64,000 nt of DNA from Nanobdellota archaeon (lineage in GTDB: Archaea > Nanobdellota > Nanobdellia > Pacearchaeales > GW2011-AR1), in NCBI GenBank assembly GCA_030611805.1, contig JAUWPB010000001.1, positions 24,765-88,764 of the forward strand, written 5' to 3'. Below the pieces are notes generated by a model. The model was not told the origin of the DNA. It did no database searches and was given only the letters and a program-made list of their open reading frames with translations. Below, one piece after another: positions 46,683 through 56,025 of the stretch (its first letter is position 1; the number at the start of each line of letters is the position of its first letter). The position numbers and the translations under genes were made by a program.

Positions 46683-47525
46683 ATGAAAGCAAATATATTA
46701 ACAATTGAAGGGAAAAAGAAAACTGCAATTGATTTGCCTAAATGTTTTTCTGCTGAGATTAGGGAAGATATTGTTGCGAAGGTTTTAGAAGCTAAAAAAA
46801 CAAAACAGCCTTATGCACCGTCGCCTGTGGCAGGAAAGCAACATTCAGCAAGTGGAAAAATAAAACACAGGAGACATGTTTGGAAAACTCATTATGGCCA
46901 GGGGATTTCAAGAATTCCAAGAAAAATAATTTCAAAAAAAGGGAGCAGATTTAATTGGATAGGTGCTGAAGTTTCTTCAACTCGTGGAGGGAGAAGAGCC
47001 CACCCTCCAAAAATTCTTTCAATGATTAATACTAAAAGAATAAATAAAAAGGAATTGAAAACTGCTTTAATTTCTGCAATAAGTGCAACAGCGAATGAAA
47101 AAGAGATGATTAAAAGATATGAAAGACTGAAAAATAAAAAGATAGATAATCTTCCATTAATTGTTGAACCAAAATTAGTTTCTCTGAAAACAAAAGATTT
47201 GATTTCAAGTTTGAAAAAAATTCTTGGCAAGGATTTGTTTGAATTGGCTTTGCAGAAAAAATCAGTTAGAGCAGGGAAGGGAAAATTAAGAGGAAGGAAA
47301 TACAAATCAAATGCAGGATTATTATTAGTCACCGGGAAAGATGAAAAATTAAAAACAAATGCTTTTGAAGTTGTTGAAGTTAAATTTTTAGGAGTTGCTG
47401 ATTTGGCGAGAGGAGGAGTTGGGAGATTGACTATTTATACTGAAGGTGCAATTAGAGAACTTGTAAACAAGTTCGATAGTTCGTCTAAAAGCCAAACTAA
47501 AGAATCTGGAGAAAAATTAAAATGA
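46683..47525 (+). CDS. rpl4: Ribosomal protein L4
   Basis: Archaeal/eukaryal L4 (L1e) N-terminal region. Confidence 0.85.
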   Translation: MKANILTIEGKKKTAIDLPKCFSAEIREDIVAKVLEAKKTKQPYAPSPVAGKQHSASGKIKHRRHVWKTHYGQGISRIPRKIISKKGSRFNWIGAEVSSTRGGRRAHPPKILSMINTKRINKKELKTALISAISATANEKEMIKRYERLKNKKIDNLPLIVEPKLVSLKTKDLISSLKKILGKDLFELALQKKSVRAGKGKLRGRKYKSNAGLLLVTGKDEKLKTNAFEVVEVKFLGVADLARGGVGRLTIYTEGAIRELVNKFDSSSKSQTKESGEKLK

Positions 47526-48175
47526 TAGTATTAGACATGGAATCAAGTGGATTGGATACAGGAAAATGCGGAATCTGGCAAATAGGTGCAATAGAATTAG
47601 AAAATCCTGAAAACCAGTTTTTAGAGGAAGCGCGAATTGATGATGAAGACCAAGTAGAAGAAGGAGCATTAAAGGTTACAGGAAAAACAGAAGAAGAATT
47701 AAGAGACAAAAATAAACAATCACAAAAACAGTTGATTTTAAATTTTATGGAATGGGCAAAAACTTGTAAAACAAAATTAATTGTAGGGCACAATGTAGGG
47801 TGGGATTTTTTCTTTATGAGAAATAAATGTTGCAAATATAATGTGGTAACTGAATTTATGGAGGTAGTAGGTCATAATGTAATAGATACTTATTCTGTTG
47901 CACAAATAAAATATTTAAAAATAAATGGAAATTTTGCATTTAAAGAAAATGGTCTAGGGAAAATGGGTCTTAAAAGAGTATTAAAATTATGTGGATTAAA
48001 AGATAATAGAATGCATTTAAATGATAAGGAAGAGGTAGATAATGAAGGAACTCCTCACAACGCACTTGAAGATGCTAAACTTACAGCAGAATGTTTTTCA
48101 AGATTAATATATGGGAAAAATCTTTTTCCAGAATATGCTGAATATGAAATACCAGAGGAGTTGAAAAAAGAATGA
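47522..48175 (+). CDS. DEDDh 3'-5' exonuclease (DnaQ-like) embedded in r-protein operon
   Basis: Exo I VLDMESSGLD, Exo II GHNVGWDFFFM, Exo III HNALEDAKLTAECF. Confidence 0.7.
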   Translation: MIVLDMESSGLDTGKCGIWQIGAIELENPENQFLEEARIDDEDQVEEGALKVTGKTEEELRDKNKQSQKQLILNFMEWAKTCKTKLIVGHNVGWDFFFMRNKCCKYNVVTEFMEVVGHNVIDTYSVAQIKYLKINGNFAFKENGLGKMGLKRVLKLCGLKDNRMHLNDKEEVDNEGTPHNALEDAKLTAECFSRLIYGKNLFPEYAEYEIPEELKKE

Positions 48176-48293
48176 AAGCAAATCATAGATTTTCATTCAT
48201 CCAAACACAAAGAAAGGTGTTACAGAGAAAGGGATCATTCCCTATAGGGGCGTCAGCATCTTTGATGCAAGTAAATATCGGGGGTTATTTTTA

Positions 48294-48530
48294 ATGAAAC
48301 CAATAGTAACTGAAAAAGCTGTTATGATGATTGAAGCACAGAATATTTTGACATTTGAAACAGGAAAAGATAAAACAAAAACTGAAATAAAAAAAGAAAT
48401 TGAAGAATTGTTTGACGTGAAAGTTGAAAAAGTGAGGAGTTTGATTAGAAGAAATAAAAAATGTGTTTATGTTAAATTAAATAAAAAATTTCCAGCTATT
48501 GATGTGGCGACGAAGCTGGGGTTAATGTAA
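48294..48530 (+). CDS. rpl23: Ribosomal protein L23
   Basis: Size, position before rpl2, sequence pattern. Confidence 0.8.
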   Translation: MKPIVTEKAVMMIEAQNILTFETGKDKTKTEIKKEIEELFDVKVEKVRSLIRRNKKCVYVKLNKKFPAIDVATKLGLM

Positions 48531-48531
48531 A

Positions 48532-49230
48532 ATGGGAAAAAGAATAATTCAACAGCGAAGAGGAAGGGGAACTCACACTTATAAAGTTCGGAGAAAGGCA
48601 TTTAGATTCAAGCTTCAGTATCCACCAAGACTTTCCGGAGAAGGAAGTGTGATTAAACTTTTTAATTCAGCAGGACATAGTGCTCCTTTGGCAAAAATAA
48701 AATATAGTGACGGAACTTTTTTTGTGCCTGCGTTTAAAGGCATGGTTGAAGGACAGAAAATAAGTTTTGAAGATGCAAAAATAAATAAAGGAAATATTAT
48801 GAAATTGAAAGACATTCCAGTAAAAACTAAAATTTATAATATTGAATCAAGACCAGGGGATGGGGGGATGTTCATAAAGAGTGCTGGAAATTCTGCAGTT
48901 ATTAATAAAATTATTGGGAAAGATGTTTTTGTTTTAATGCCCTCAAAAAAAGAAAAAAAGTTTAATCAAAATTGCCGGGCAATTATTGGCATAGCTGCTG
49001 GAGCAGGCAGACTTGATAAACCTGTTATTAAAGCCGGGAAAAAGCATCATATTAAAAAGTCAAAAAGTAAATTATGGCCAAGGACATCTGCAGTAAAGAT
49101 GAATGTAATAGACCATCCTTTTGGTTCAGGAAGGGCGAAGAATGTGAAGAGCAAAATTGCCAAGAGAAATGCGCCTCCTGGAAGAAAAGTTGGATTAATA
49201 AGGCCTAGAAGAACAGGTAAAAAGAAATAA
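48532..49230 (+). CDS. rpl2: Ribosomal protein L2
   Basis: RRGRGTHTYKVRRK...GAGRLDKPVIKAG. Confidence 0.9.
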   Translation: MGKRIIQQRRGRGTHTYKVRRKAFRFKLQYPPRLSGEGSVIKLFNSAGHSAPLAKIKYSDGTFFVPAFKGMVEGQKISFEDAKINKGNIMKLKDIPVKTKIYNIESRPGDGGMFIKSAGNSAVINKIIGKDVFVLMPSKKEKKFNQNCRAIIGIAAGAGRLDKPVIKAGKKHHIKKSKSKLWPRTSAVKMNVIDHPFGSGRAKNVKSKIAKRNAPPGRKVGLIRPRRTGKKK

Positions 49231-49231
49231 A

Positions 49232-49627
49232 ATGGAAATACAAAAAAAACAATTTGCATACAAAGGCAAGGCAATTGAAGAATTAAAATCTTTAGATGTA
49301 AGAGAATTTGCAAAGTTAGTCAGGTCAAGGCAGAGAAGAACTATTTTGAGGAATTTCCAAAAGGTTGAGGATTTTATTAATCGGAGCAAGATAAAAATTG
49401 AAAGAAAAAAACCAATAAAAACTCATCAAAGAGATTTGGTTGTTGTTCCGGAGATGGTTGGATGGAAAATATTCATTTATAATGGAAATAAATTTGTTCC
49501 TGTGGAAGTTACAGGAGAAATGCTTGGACATAAATTTGGAGAGTTTGCCCCGACAAGAGCAAGGGTAAAGCATGGAAAAACCGGGGTAGGTGCAACTAAA
49601 GGAACTAAACACAAGGCTAAAAAATGA
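49232..49627 (+). CDS. rps19: Ribosomal protein S19
   Basis: NGNKFVPVEVTGEMLGHKFGEFAPTR. Confidence 0.9.
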   Translation: MEIQKKQFAYKGKAIEELKSLDVREFAKLVRSRQRRTILRNFQKVEDFINRSKIKIERKKPIKTHQRDLVVVPEMVGWKIFIYNGNKFVPVEVTGEMLGHKFGEFAPTRARVKHGKTGVGATKGTKHKAKK

Positions 49628-49968
49628 TAACTAATAAAATAACTGGGAAAAAATATGAAAAAGGTATTGGATTTTGTAGAGAAGAAAATATGCCAACTGC
49701 CCAAGAGATTATTTCCTGCTCTCCTTCTAAAATAACCACAATTCATTTTGGTGGTCAAAACATAACATATGAAGAATTAATTGAAAAAAATATTCTTCCT
49801 TATTTTGAAAAAGAAGCGATTAATTCTTGCGTTGTTTTTCCTCTTCAAACACCTTTTCCTATATGTGAACCCGCATCAACACAAGAATTAGAGATTATCA
49901 AAAGGAATCTCTCAAATAAAGGATTAGATGTTTTACTATATGATAAAACATTTGCAATTAGATTATAA
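49624..49968 (+). CDS. Hypothetical Cys-rich protein intercalated between rps19 and rpl22
   Basis: ORF track; overlaps rps19 stop. Confidence 0.4.
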   Translation: MITNKITGKKYEKGIGFCREENMPTAQEIISCSPSKITTIHFGGQNITYEELIEKNILPYFEKEAINSCVVFPLQTPFPICEPASTQELEIIKRNLSNKGLDVLLYDKTFAIRL

Positions 49969-49969
49969 A

Positions 49970-50728
49970 ATGGGAATTAATACAGAAAAACCAATGACAA
50001 AACAAGAATCAAAAAAACAAGGAGTAGTTGGTGCTATAAAACAAAAAATTGATTTGGCTAAAGTACCTGTTGAAAAGAAAACAGATGAAAAAAAAGATAA
50101 GCAATTAACTACTGGGAAAGTCTCTGAACCAAAAGATGAAGTAAAACCTGATTATAAAAACTTGGCACCCAAGGGTGTACACCACCGAGTAGGTCCAGAG
50201 GAAGGAGGTGCGAGTACCTCTTCGCCAAGTAGGTCTGAAAGAAGCCCTTCTGTAAAAGAAGATATAAACATAGAGGACAAAAAAAAGAAACCAATACAAA
50301 AAAAACCTGTTGTTAAAAAAACCGAGGCTGTTGTAAATGCAAGGAGTCTTCCAATCTCAACAAAATATTCTATGGCGATTTGCAGATTTATTAAAAACAA
50401 GAAAATTGGGAAAGCAATAGTTGATTTAGGACAAGTTATTACGAAGAAAAAAGCAGTACCAATGAAAGGCGAGATTCCTCATAAAAAAGGCAGAGGAATG
50501 ATGTCAGGAAGATATCCTAAAAAAGCTTCAGAGCATTTTATTGAAATATTGAAAAGCCTGCAAGCAAACGCTAATGCTAATGAAATAGAGAATCCGAGAA
50601 TTGTTGAAGCTGTTGCAAATCTTGCCTCAAGACCTTATGGGAGATTTGGAAGAATAAGGAAAAAGCGAACTCATGTTAAGTTAGTTGCTAAAAATAAATT
50701 AAATAAAGAAAAGGAGAATAGAAAATGA
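49970..50728 (+). CDS. rpl22: Ribosomal protein L22 with ~120-aa low-complexity N-terminal extension
   Basis: C-terminal ARSLPISTKYSMAICRFIKNKKIGKAIVDL...; start chosen at MGINTEK (track start 49928 overlaps upstream gene). Confidence 0.8.
   Translation: MGINTEKPMTKQESKKQGVVGAIKQKIDLAKVPVEKKTDEKKDKQLTTGKVSEPKDEVKPDYKNLAPKGVHHRVGPEEGGASTSSPSRSERSPSVKEDINIEDKKKKPIQKKPVVKKTEAVVNARSLPISTKYSMAICRFIKNKKIGKAIVDLGQVITKKKAVPMKGEIPHKKGRGMMSGRYPKKASEHFIEILKSLQANANANEIENPRIVEAVANLASRPYGRFGRIRKKRTHVKLVAKNKLNKEKENRK
50165..50180 (+). repeat. GC-rich 16-nt element GCACCCAAGGGTGTAC inside rpl22 (copy 1)
   Basis: Identical 16-mer at 51656..51671 inside rps3; both translate to APKGV. Confidence 0.7.
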
Positions 50729-51027
50729 GTTTAATTAATGTTAAAACAAAAATATATTGTAATTTTAAAATTGATGGGTATGTTGCTTGCTTAGAATATA
50801 CTGCCAATGAATCTCAAAAAGAAATTGGATTATTGGTTCCAAAAGAATTAAGGAGAAAAGACCAAGCTACTTCAAATGCTCTTAAATATTTATTCACTCA
50901 AAAAAAAGAAAGTCCTTTTATTGTAAATATAGGGGAACTAGAAGAAATTCTTTCTCCAAATTTTGTAGAAGATATTAAAAAATCAAATTTACCTAAAAAA
51001 ATTAAACAAAATATTCAAGGAATTTAA
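50725..51027 (+). CDS. Hypothetical protein intercalated between rpl22 and rps3
   Basis: ORF track; overlapping stops/starts. Confidence 0.4.
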   Translation: MSLINVKTKIYCNFKIDGYVACLEYTANESQKEIGLLVPKELRRKDQATSNALKYLFTQKKESPFIVNIGELEEILSPNFVEDIKKSNLPKKIKQNIQGI

Positions 51028-51028
51028 T

Positions 51029-51751
51029 ATGGAAGAGAAAAAAACAGTTCAGTTTAAGAAAGAAGAATTTGCGATTAAGGAATCTATAAAAAATGCACTT
51101 GGAAAGGGAAAAGTGAGCAAGGTTATTATAGAGTATACGCCGGTGGGAGAAAAAATAATTATCTCTACTCATAAGCCAGGGTTGGTAATTGGAAGAAAGG
51201 GTGTGAAAATCGGGGAACTAACTCAAATGTTAAGAACTGAATTTAAACTTGAAAATCCTCATATTGAAATAGATGAAATAATGCAACCAGAACTTGACGC
51301 CCAGATAATGGCAGATGAAATTGCTCTTTCGTTGGAAAGATTCGGGCCTTTGAGGTTTAAGGTTACTGCATACAGAACATTGCAAAAAATAATCAAGGCA
51401 GGGGCTTTGGGAGTTGAAATAAGATTAAATGGGAAACTTCCGAGTGCAAGAGCAAGGTCGTGGAGATTTGCACAAGGATATTTAAAGAAAACAGGGGACA
51501 GTGCAAAGGTTGTTGACAGGGCGCAATCAAGAGCACAGACAAAACCAGGAACTGTGGGAGTGAAAGTGAGTATCTTGTCTCCAGATGTTGAATTAAAAGA
51601 TAGAATCAAGATTGACGACGAACTTATAAAAAAATTAAAGGAAAATTCAGAAGTTGCACCCAAGGGTGTACCCCCAAGTACTGGATTAGGGGGCAAAGAA
51701 AAACCAAAAACCAAAAAAGTAATTAAAAAAGTAAAGAAGGATAAAAATTAA
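51029..51751 (+). CDS. rps3: Ribosomal protein S3
   Basis: KH domain IIISTHKPGLVIGRKGVKIGEL. Confidence 0.9.
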   Translation: MEEKKTVQFKKEEFAIKESIKNALGKGKVSKVIIEYTPVGEKIIISTHKPGLVIGRKGVKIGELTQMLRTEFKLENPHIEIDEIMQPELDAQIMADEIALSLERFGPLRFKVTAYRTLQKIIKAGALGVEIRLNGKLPSARARSWRFAQGYLKKTGDSAKVVDRAQSRAQTKPGTVGVKVSILSPDVELKDRIKIDDELIKKLKENSEVAPKGVPPSTGLGGKEKPKTKKVIKKVKKDKN

Positions 51752-51752
51752 A

Positions 51753-51962
51753 ATGGCAACTTTAAAATTCAAAGACATACAAAAATTAAGCAAACAAGAA
51801 AGAGAAAAGAAATTTAAGGAATTGAAAATGGAATTGATTAAATCAAAAGTTAAATCCTCAAAAACAGGGAGTTCAAAGATTAAGGAAATTAAAAAAATAA
51901 TTGCCAGAATACTCACGCTCAAAAAACACAATGGAAATATGTCCAAAATGTGGCTTGCCTGA
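51753..51962 (+). CDS. rpl29: Ribosomal protein L29
   Basis: MATLKFKDIQKLSKQEREKKFKELKMELIK. Confidence 0.8.
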   Translation: MATLKFKDIQKLSKQEREKKFKELKMELIKSKVKSSKTGSSKIKEIKKIIARILTLKKHNGNMSKMWLA

Positions 51963-52230
51963 GCAAGCATGTGTATGTGAACAGATTGTTAAAAGTTCGC
52001 AAAGAGTAAAGATAACGACAGACAGAAAGCGATATGGGAAAATCGTGACTGTTGTTACAGGATTCGAGAGTGGAATCAATGTGAAGAAAATCGCAAAGGC
52101 TCTGAAAAACGAGTTGGCCTGCGGTGGGACTTACAAGGGTAACATGATTGAACTCCAAGGAGACCACAGAAAGAAGATAAAAGAACTGCTGGTCAAGTTG
52201 GGGTTTGAGGAAGAATCAATCTCTGAATAA
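51901..52230 (+). CDS. eif1: Translation initiation factor aIF1 (SUI1)
   Basis: CPKCGLPEQACVCEQ...RKRYGKIVTVVTGFE...ELQGDHRKKIKELL; likely start at internal MEICPK (51931). Confidence 0.8.
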   Translation: MPEYSRSKNTMEICPKCGLPEQACVCEQIVKSSQRVKITTDRKRYGKIVTVVTGFESGINVKKIAKALKNELACGGTYKGNMIELQGDHRKKIKELLVKLGFEEESISE

Positions 52231-52260
52231 ACAAAAAGCATACACAAACAAAAAAATAAA

Positions 52261-52623
52261 ATGGAAAAAAAGAAAACAACAGAAGGAAAAATAGAGAAAA
52301 AATCAGAAGTAGTTGGAAATGTCTGCGATGACAGAAATTGCCATATCCATGGGAACTTAAAAACCAGAGGAAGAGTCTTTGAAGGAGAAGTTATCAGAAA
52401 GTTCCATAAGAGAATTACAATTGAATTTGAAAGAATGACTTATGTAAGAAAATATGAAAGATATAAAAAATCAAAAACAAAAATTCATGCACGGCTTCCT
52501 GTTTGTATGGAAGATGAAATCCATATTGGTGATTTAATAAAAGTGCAGGAATGCAGACCTTTGAGCAAGATAATTCATTTTGTGGTTATTGAGAAAATTA
52601 AATCAGGAGAAAATGGGAAATGA
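52261..52623 (+). CDS. rps17: Ribosomal protein S17
   Basis: Size/position and OB-fold pattern. Confidence 0.85.
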   Translation: MEKKKTTEGKIEKKSEVVGNVCDDRNCHIHGNLKTRGRVFEGEVIRKFHKRITIEFERMTYVRKYERYKKSKTKIHARLPVCMEDEIHIGDLIKVQECRPLSKIIHFVVIEKIKSGENGK

Positions 52624-53021
52624 AAGCAATATCAGCAAGAGCAACAAGAGGATTGAATTTGGGTGCAAAGATGATTGCGTCTGATAATAGCGGAGCAAAG
52701 ATTGTGAGATTGGTTTCAGTAAAAAGAGGGAAAGGGAGAAAGGGGAAGCAAGGATGTGCTAAGATTGCTGACTGGGTAAAGGTAAGTGTTAGAAAAGGTA
52801 TTCCTGACATGAAAGGGAAAGTTTTTGATGCTGTTTTAATAAGGCAAAAAAAATCTTACAGAAGATTAAACGGAGAGAGAATTGCTTTTGAAGATAATGC
52901 TGTGGCAATTTTAAAAGATGATAAAGGAAATCCAAAAGCAACTCAAATTAAAGGACCAATTGCAAGGGAGGTATTAGAGCGATGGCCGAGTGTGGCAAAA
53001 ATCGCTAGTATTGTTGTTTAA
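52620..53021 (+). CDS. rpl14: Ribosomal protein L14
   Basis: MKAISARATRGLNLGAKMIASDNSGAKIVRLVSV. Confidence 0.9.
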   Translation: MKAISARATRGLNLGAKMIASDNSGAKIVRLVSVKRGKGRKGKQGCAKIADWVKVSVRKGIPDMKGKVFDAVLIRQKKSYRRLNGERIAFEDNAVAILKDDKGNPKATQIKGPIAREVLERWPSVAKIASIVV

Positions 53022-53022
53022 A

Positions 53023-53514
53023 ATGAAAAAAGAATTTAGTAAACACTGGAAATCAAGCAAACAACCTCGGAAGCAGAGGAAATACAGAGCTAAAGCTCCG
53101 TTGCATATTAAAAGAAAATTTGTGGGAATTAATTTGTCAAAAGAATTGAGAAAGAAATATGGAAAGAGAAATATGGTTGTAAAAAAAGGCGATGTTGTGA
53201 AAGTTATGAGGGGCAAATTTAAAGGCAAGCAGGGGAAAATCACAGAAGTAAAATTAAAGATTTCAAAAGTCGCAATAGAAGGAATTCAGGTTAAGAAGAT
53301 GGATGGTTCAAAAGTTAATGTGAGGTTGCAACCTTCAAATTTGCAAATTATTGAATTAAATTTAGAAGATGGAAAAAGAATGAAGAAAGAAAGAAAAACA
53401 ACAGAAAAAAAAGAAGATAAAATAAAAGTTGAAGATAAAAAGATTGAAAAGGAAAAAATGCAAACACCTAAAAAGATAGATTCAAAGAAATTAAATAAGG
53501 AGAAGAAAAAATGA
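53023..53514 (+). CDS. rpl24: Ribosomal protein L24 with K/E-rich C-terminal extension
   Basis: KOW motif VKKGDVVKVMRGKFKGKQGKITEV; start at MKKEFSK right after rpl14 stop. Confidence 0.85.
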   Translation: MKKEFSKHWKSSKQPRKQRKYRAKAPLHIKRKFVGINLSKELRKKYGKRNMVVKKGDVVKVMRGKFKGKQGKITEVKLKISKVAIEGIQVKKMDGSKVNVRLQPSNLQIIELNLEDGKRMKKERKTTEKKEDKIKVEDKKIEKEKMQTPKKIDSKKLNKEKKK

Positions 53515-53777
53515 GAATAGAAGATAAAACAAGGGATTATTTAAAACCCATATTGGATGGAAATAAATATGTAGAAACAGGAATGCTACTAATGATCCCC
53601 CAAATAGGAGAAGTTGCCATAACATCCCAATTGAAAAAGGGATTCAATGGGCATGATTGCCAGAGGGAATATTTCACATTCAAAAAAGATTTGATTTGGG
53701 GAAAAGTAACGAGGATCAACGGAAAATATTTTATAAAAACCACTAAGGGAGGCAACAATTTAAAATGGCACACTTAA
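53511..53777 (+). CDS. Hypothetical protein intercalated between rpl24 and rps4e
   Basis: ORF track; overlapping junctions. Confidence 0.4.
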   Translation: MRIEDKTRDYLKPILDGNKYVETGMLLMIPQIGEVAITSQLKKGFNGHDCQREYFTFKKDLIWGKVTRINGKYFIKTTKGGNNLKWHT

Positions 53778-54415
53778 AACGACACAAAGTTCCAAAGAGT
53801 TGGCCAATACCTCGGAAAGGCACAACATATGTAGTCAGACCTAACTTCAATATAAATAAAGGTATTCCGGTTTTAATTATTTTAAGAGATATTTTAAAAG
53901 TCGCCCAAATCAGAAAAGAAGTGAAAAAAGCAATTCACGCAAAACATATTTTGCTCAACAACAAGGTAGTCAGGGACGAAAAAAATAATGCTCTTTTGTT
54001 TGATACAATAGAAATTATTCCTTCTAAAAAATATTATAGAATTAATTTGTCTAATAAAGGAAAATTCAAAGTTCAGGAAATAAAACAATCTGAAGTGGAT
54101 AAAAAAATATCAAAAGTTATTGATAAAAAAACTTTGAAAGGTAAAAAAACACAGTTAAATTTAAGTGATGGAAGAAATTTTCTGTCAGATATTAAATGCA
54201 AGGTTAATGATTCTGTTTTAATTGATTTTAAAAAAAGTAAAATAGAAAAATGTCTACCGTTAAAAGAAGGGGCAAAGGTAATGGTCTTTGCAGGGAAACA
54301 TTCCGGGGAAACAGGGATTATTAGAAATATAAAACCCCAAAGAAAAATGGCGGGATTAAATATTGGCGAAAAAGAACTCAATGTTTTAATTAAACAATTA
54401 ATGGTGGTTGAATAA
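53765..54415 (+). CDS. rps4e: Ribosomal protein S4e
   Basis: MAHLKRHKVPKSWPIPRKGTTYVVRP. Confidence 0.9.
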   Translation: MAHLKRHKVPKSWPIPRKGTTYVVRPNFNINKGIPVLIILRDILKVAQIRKEVKKAIHAKHILLNNKVVRDEKNNALLFDTIEIIPSKKYYRINLSNKGKFKVQEIKQSEVDKKISKVIDKKTLKGKKTQLNLSDGRNFLSDIKCKVNDSVLIDFKKSKIEKCLPLKEGAKVMVFAGKHSGETGIIRNIKPQRKMAGLNIGEKELNVLIKQLMVVE

Positions 54416-54870
54416 TGGAAAAAGGAACAATTGAAGAAAAAGTATTAAATGAAATGAACAGGGCATTTAAAGAACATTCTCATTATAGCATTGAAAAAAA
54501 TGGAGAACTCAGTATTTTTGGTCCAGAAAAAATATCTCCTGAAGAATTTTATCAGCGAAAAAGAGATATGCAATTAAGTAAACCTTTGGAAGAAATTTCA
54601 GAGAGAGATGTAATAATTAGTGAACACAAAGGAAACCAACAGAAAGAATATGTTATACAAAAAGGAGAGGAAACTAATTTAATAAAAGCTTGTATTGATA
54701 CTCTTGCAAAAGAAAAAAACAAATTAAATGAAGATTGCATTGCCTTAAAAACATATTTTATTGTTAAAGGGGGAAAAGAAATAATTTGTGATACTCTTCT
54801 GTCATTTCCTAAAGAGGATTTTCAATATCAGCATATTTATAAAAAGTTAAAGGGATGTGGAGCAATATAA
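54415..54870 (+). CDS. Hypothetical protein intercalated between rps4e and rpl5
   Basis: ORF track; ATG overlaps rps4e stop. Confidence 0.4.
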   Translation: MEKGTIEEKVLNEMNRAFKEHSHYSIEKNGELSIFGPEKISPEEFYQRKRDMQLSKPLEEISERDVIISEHKGNQQKEYVIQKGEETNLIKACIDTLAKEKNKLNEDCIALKTYFIVKGGKEIICDTLLSFPKEDFQYQHIYKKLKGCGAI

Positions 54871-54872
54871 AA

Positions 54873-55376
54873 ATGTCTAAAGAAAATATAATGCGTGAAA
54901 TAAAAATTGAAAAGGTTGTTTTAAGTACAGGCGGGACTGGAGAGGATTTGGAAAAAGGAGTTAAGCTTCTTAAAATTCTTACTGGGAAAAAACCTGCAAA
55001 AATGAAGTCCAAGAAAAGGATTCCTTCCTGGAGTGTTCGACCAAATTTAGAAGTTGGCACAGTTGTGACTATTAGAAAAAATCCGGAAGAACTTTTGAAA
55101 AGAATGTTAATCACAATAGATAATGTTCTAAAGAAAAAACAAATAAGTGAAAATAATTTTTCTTTTGGTATAAAAGAATATATAGAAATTCCCGGAGTAG
55201 AATATCAAAGAGATATTGGGATAATGGGCTTTGATGTTACAGTTGTTTTTAAAAGGACCGGGAGAAGGGTTAAGTTAAGGAAAATAAAAAAAGGAAAAAT
55301 CCCAAAAAAACATATGATTAGCAAAGATGAAATAATTAAATTCATGGAAGAAAAATTCCAGACGAGGTTTGAATAA
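54873..55376 (+). CDS. rpl5: Ribosomal protein L5
   Basis: Typical uL5 sequence; start at MSKENIM after upstream stop. Confidence 0.85.
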   Translation: MSKENIMREIKIEKVVLSTGGTGEDLEKGVKLLKILTGKKPAKMKSKKRIPSWSVRPNLEVGTVVTIRKNPEELLKRMLITIDNVLKKKQISENNFSFGIKEYIEIPGVEYQRDIGIMGFDVTVVFKRTGRRVKLRKIKKGKIPKKHMISKDEIIKFMEEKFQTRFE

Positions 55377-55606
55377 TGACAGCAAGTGATTGGAGAAAAA
55401 TATTAAAACAACTTGAAAATAAGCCACAATTAAAGGCAAAGTTTTTGAAACACTGCAAGCCAAAAGAGAGAAAGATTGGAATCGCTGTAAAGAAATGCGA
55501 GAGGTGTGGAAGATTCGGGGCTCACATAAAATCATACGGATTAAATTTATGCCGACACTGCTTTAGGGGAATCGCAGAAGAAATCGGATTTCAAAAATAT
55601 AGTTAA
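55376..55606 (+). CDS. rps14: Ribosomal protein S14 (zinc-binding type, S29e-like)
   Basis: CERCGRFGAHIKSYGLNLCRHCFR. Confidence 0.85.
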   Translation: MTASDWRKILKQLENKPQLKAKFLKHCKPKERKIGIAVKKCERCGRFGAHIKSYGLNLCRHCFRGIAEEIGFQKYS

Positions 55607-55607
55607 A

Positions 55608-55772
55608 ATGGAAAATGAAATTTTGTACACAGGAGATTGCCCAAATCCAGGGGATTTTGAGAAAGTTCAGGAAAACTTAGCAAGGCTTATTAAAATGCAA
55701 GACGAATTTTATGAACAGAAAAAGAAACAACCTCTTCAACCAATTAAATATTATGAAAGGGGTTTAAACTAA
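55608..55772 (+). CDS. Small hypothetical ORF (54 aa) between rps14 and rps8
   Basis: Hand-translated MENEILYTGDCPNPGDFEKVQENLARLIKMQDEFYEQKKKQPLQPIKYYERGLN; 1-nt spacers on both sides. Confidence 0.35.
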   Translation: MENEILYTGDCPNPGDFEKVQENLARLIKMQDEFYEQKKKQPLQPIKYYERGLN

Positions 55773-55773
55773 A

Positions 55774-56025
55774 ATGGAAATAACAAATATGGATAAAAAA
55801 TTACAACAAGAATATCAGAGAGCATATACAGAAGATCTTAGAAGATGTCTTTTATTTACAAGAACGCGTGTTCCTATAGAAGAAGTTAGTACAGACACAA
55901 TGAAAGCTAATATACAATGTGCAAGAGAATCTTATGAAAAAATACCTGATAAACAAGCAGTTTCACTTTTATTAGGGGATTTAAATCAACTTGAAAGAAA
56001 ATATGGTGCGGAGGCTACAAAATGA
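55774..56025 (+). CDS. Hypothetical protein between rps14 and rps8
   Basis: ORF track; stop overlaps rps8 start. Confidence 0.4.
   Translation: MEITNMDKKLQQEYQRAYTEDLRRCLLFTRTRVPIEEVSTDTMKANIQCARESYEKIPDKQAVSLLLGDLNQLERKYGAEATK

Noticed and set aside
51259-51714. 151-aa minus-strand ORF inside rps3 and similar antisense ORFs within r-protein genes (e.g. 46892-47332, 54073-54381, 56963-57509, 57704-58093)
   Set aside because: They are antisense to conserved ribosomal protein genes. Their products are low-complexity F/L/S-rich, as expected from AT-rich antisense frames.
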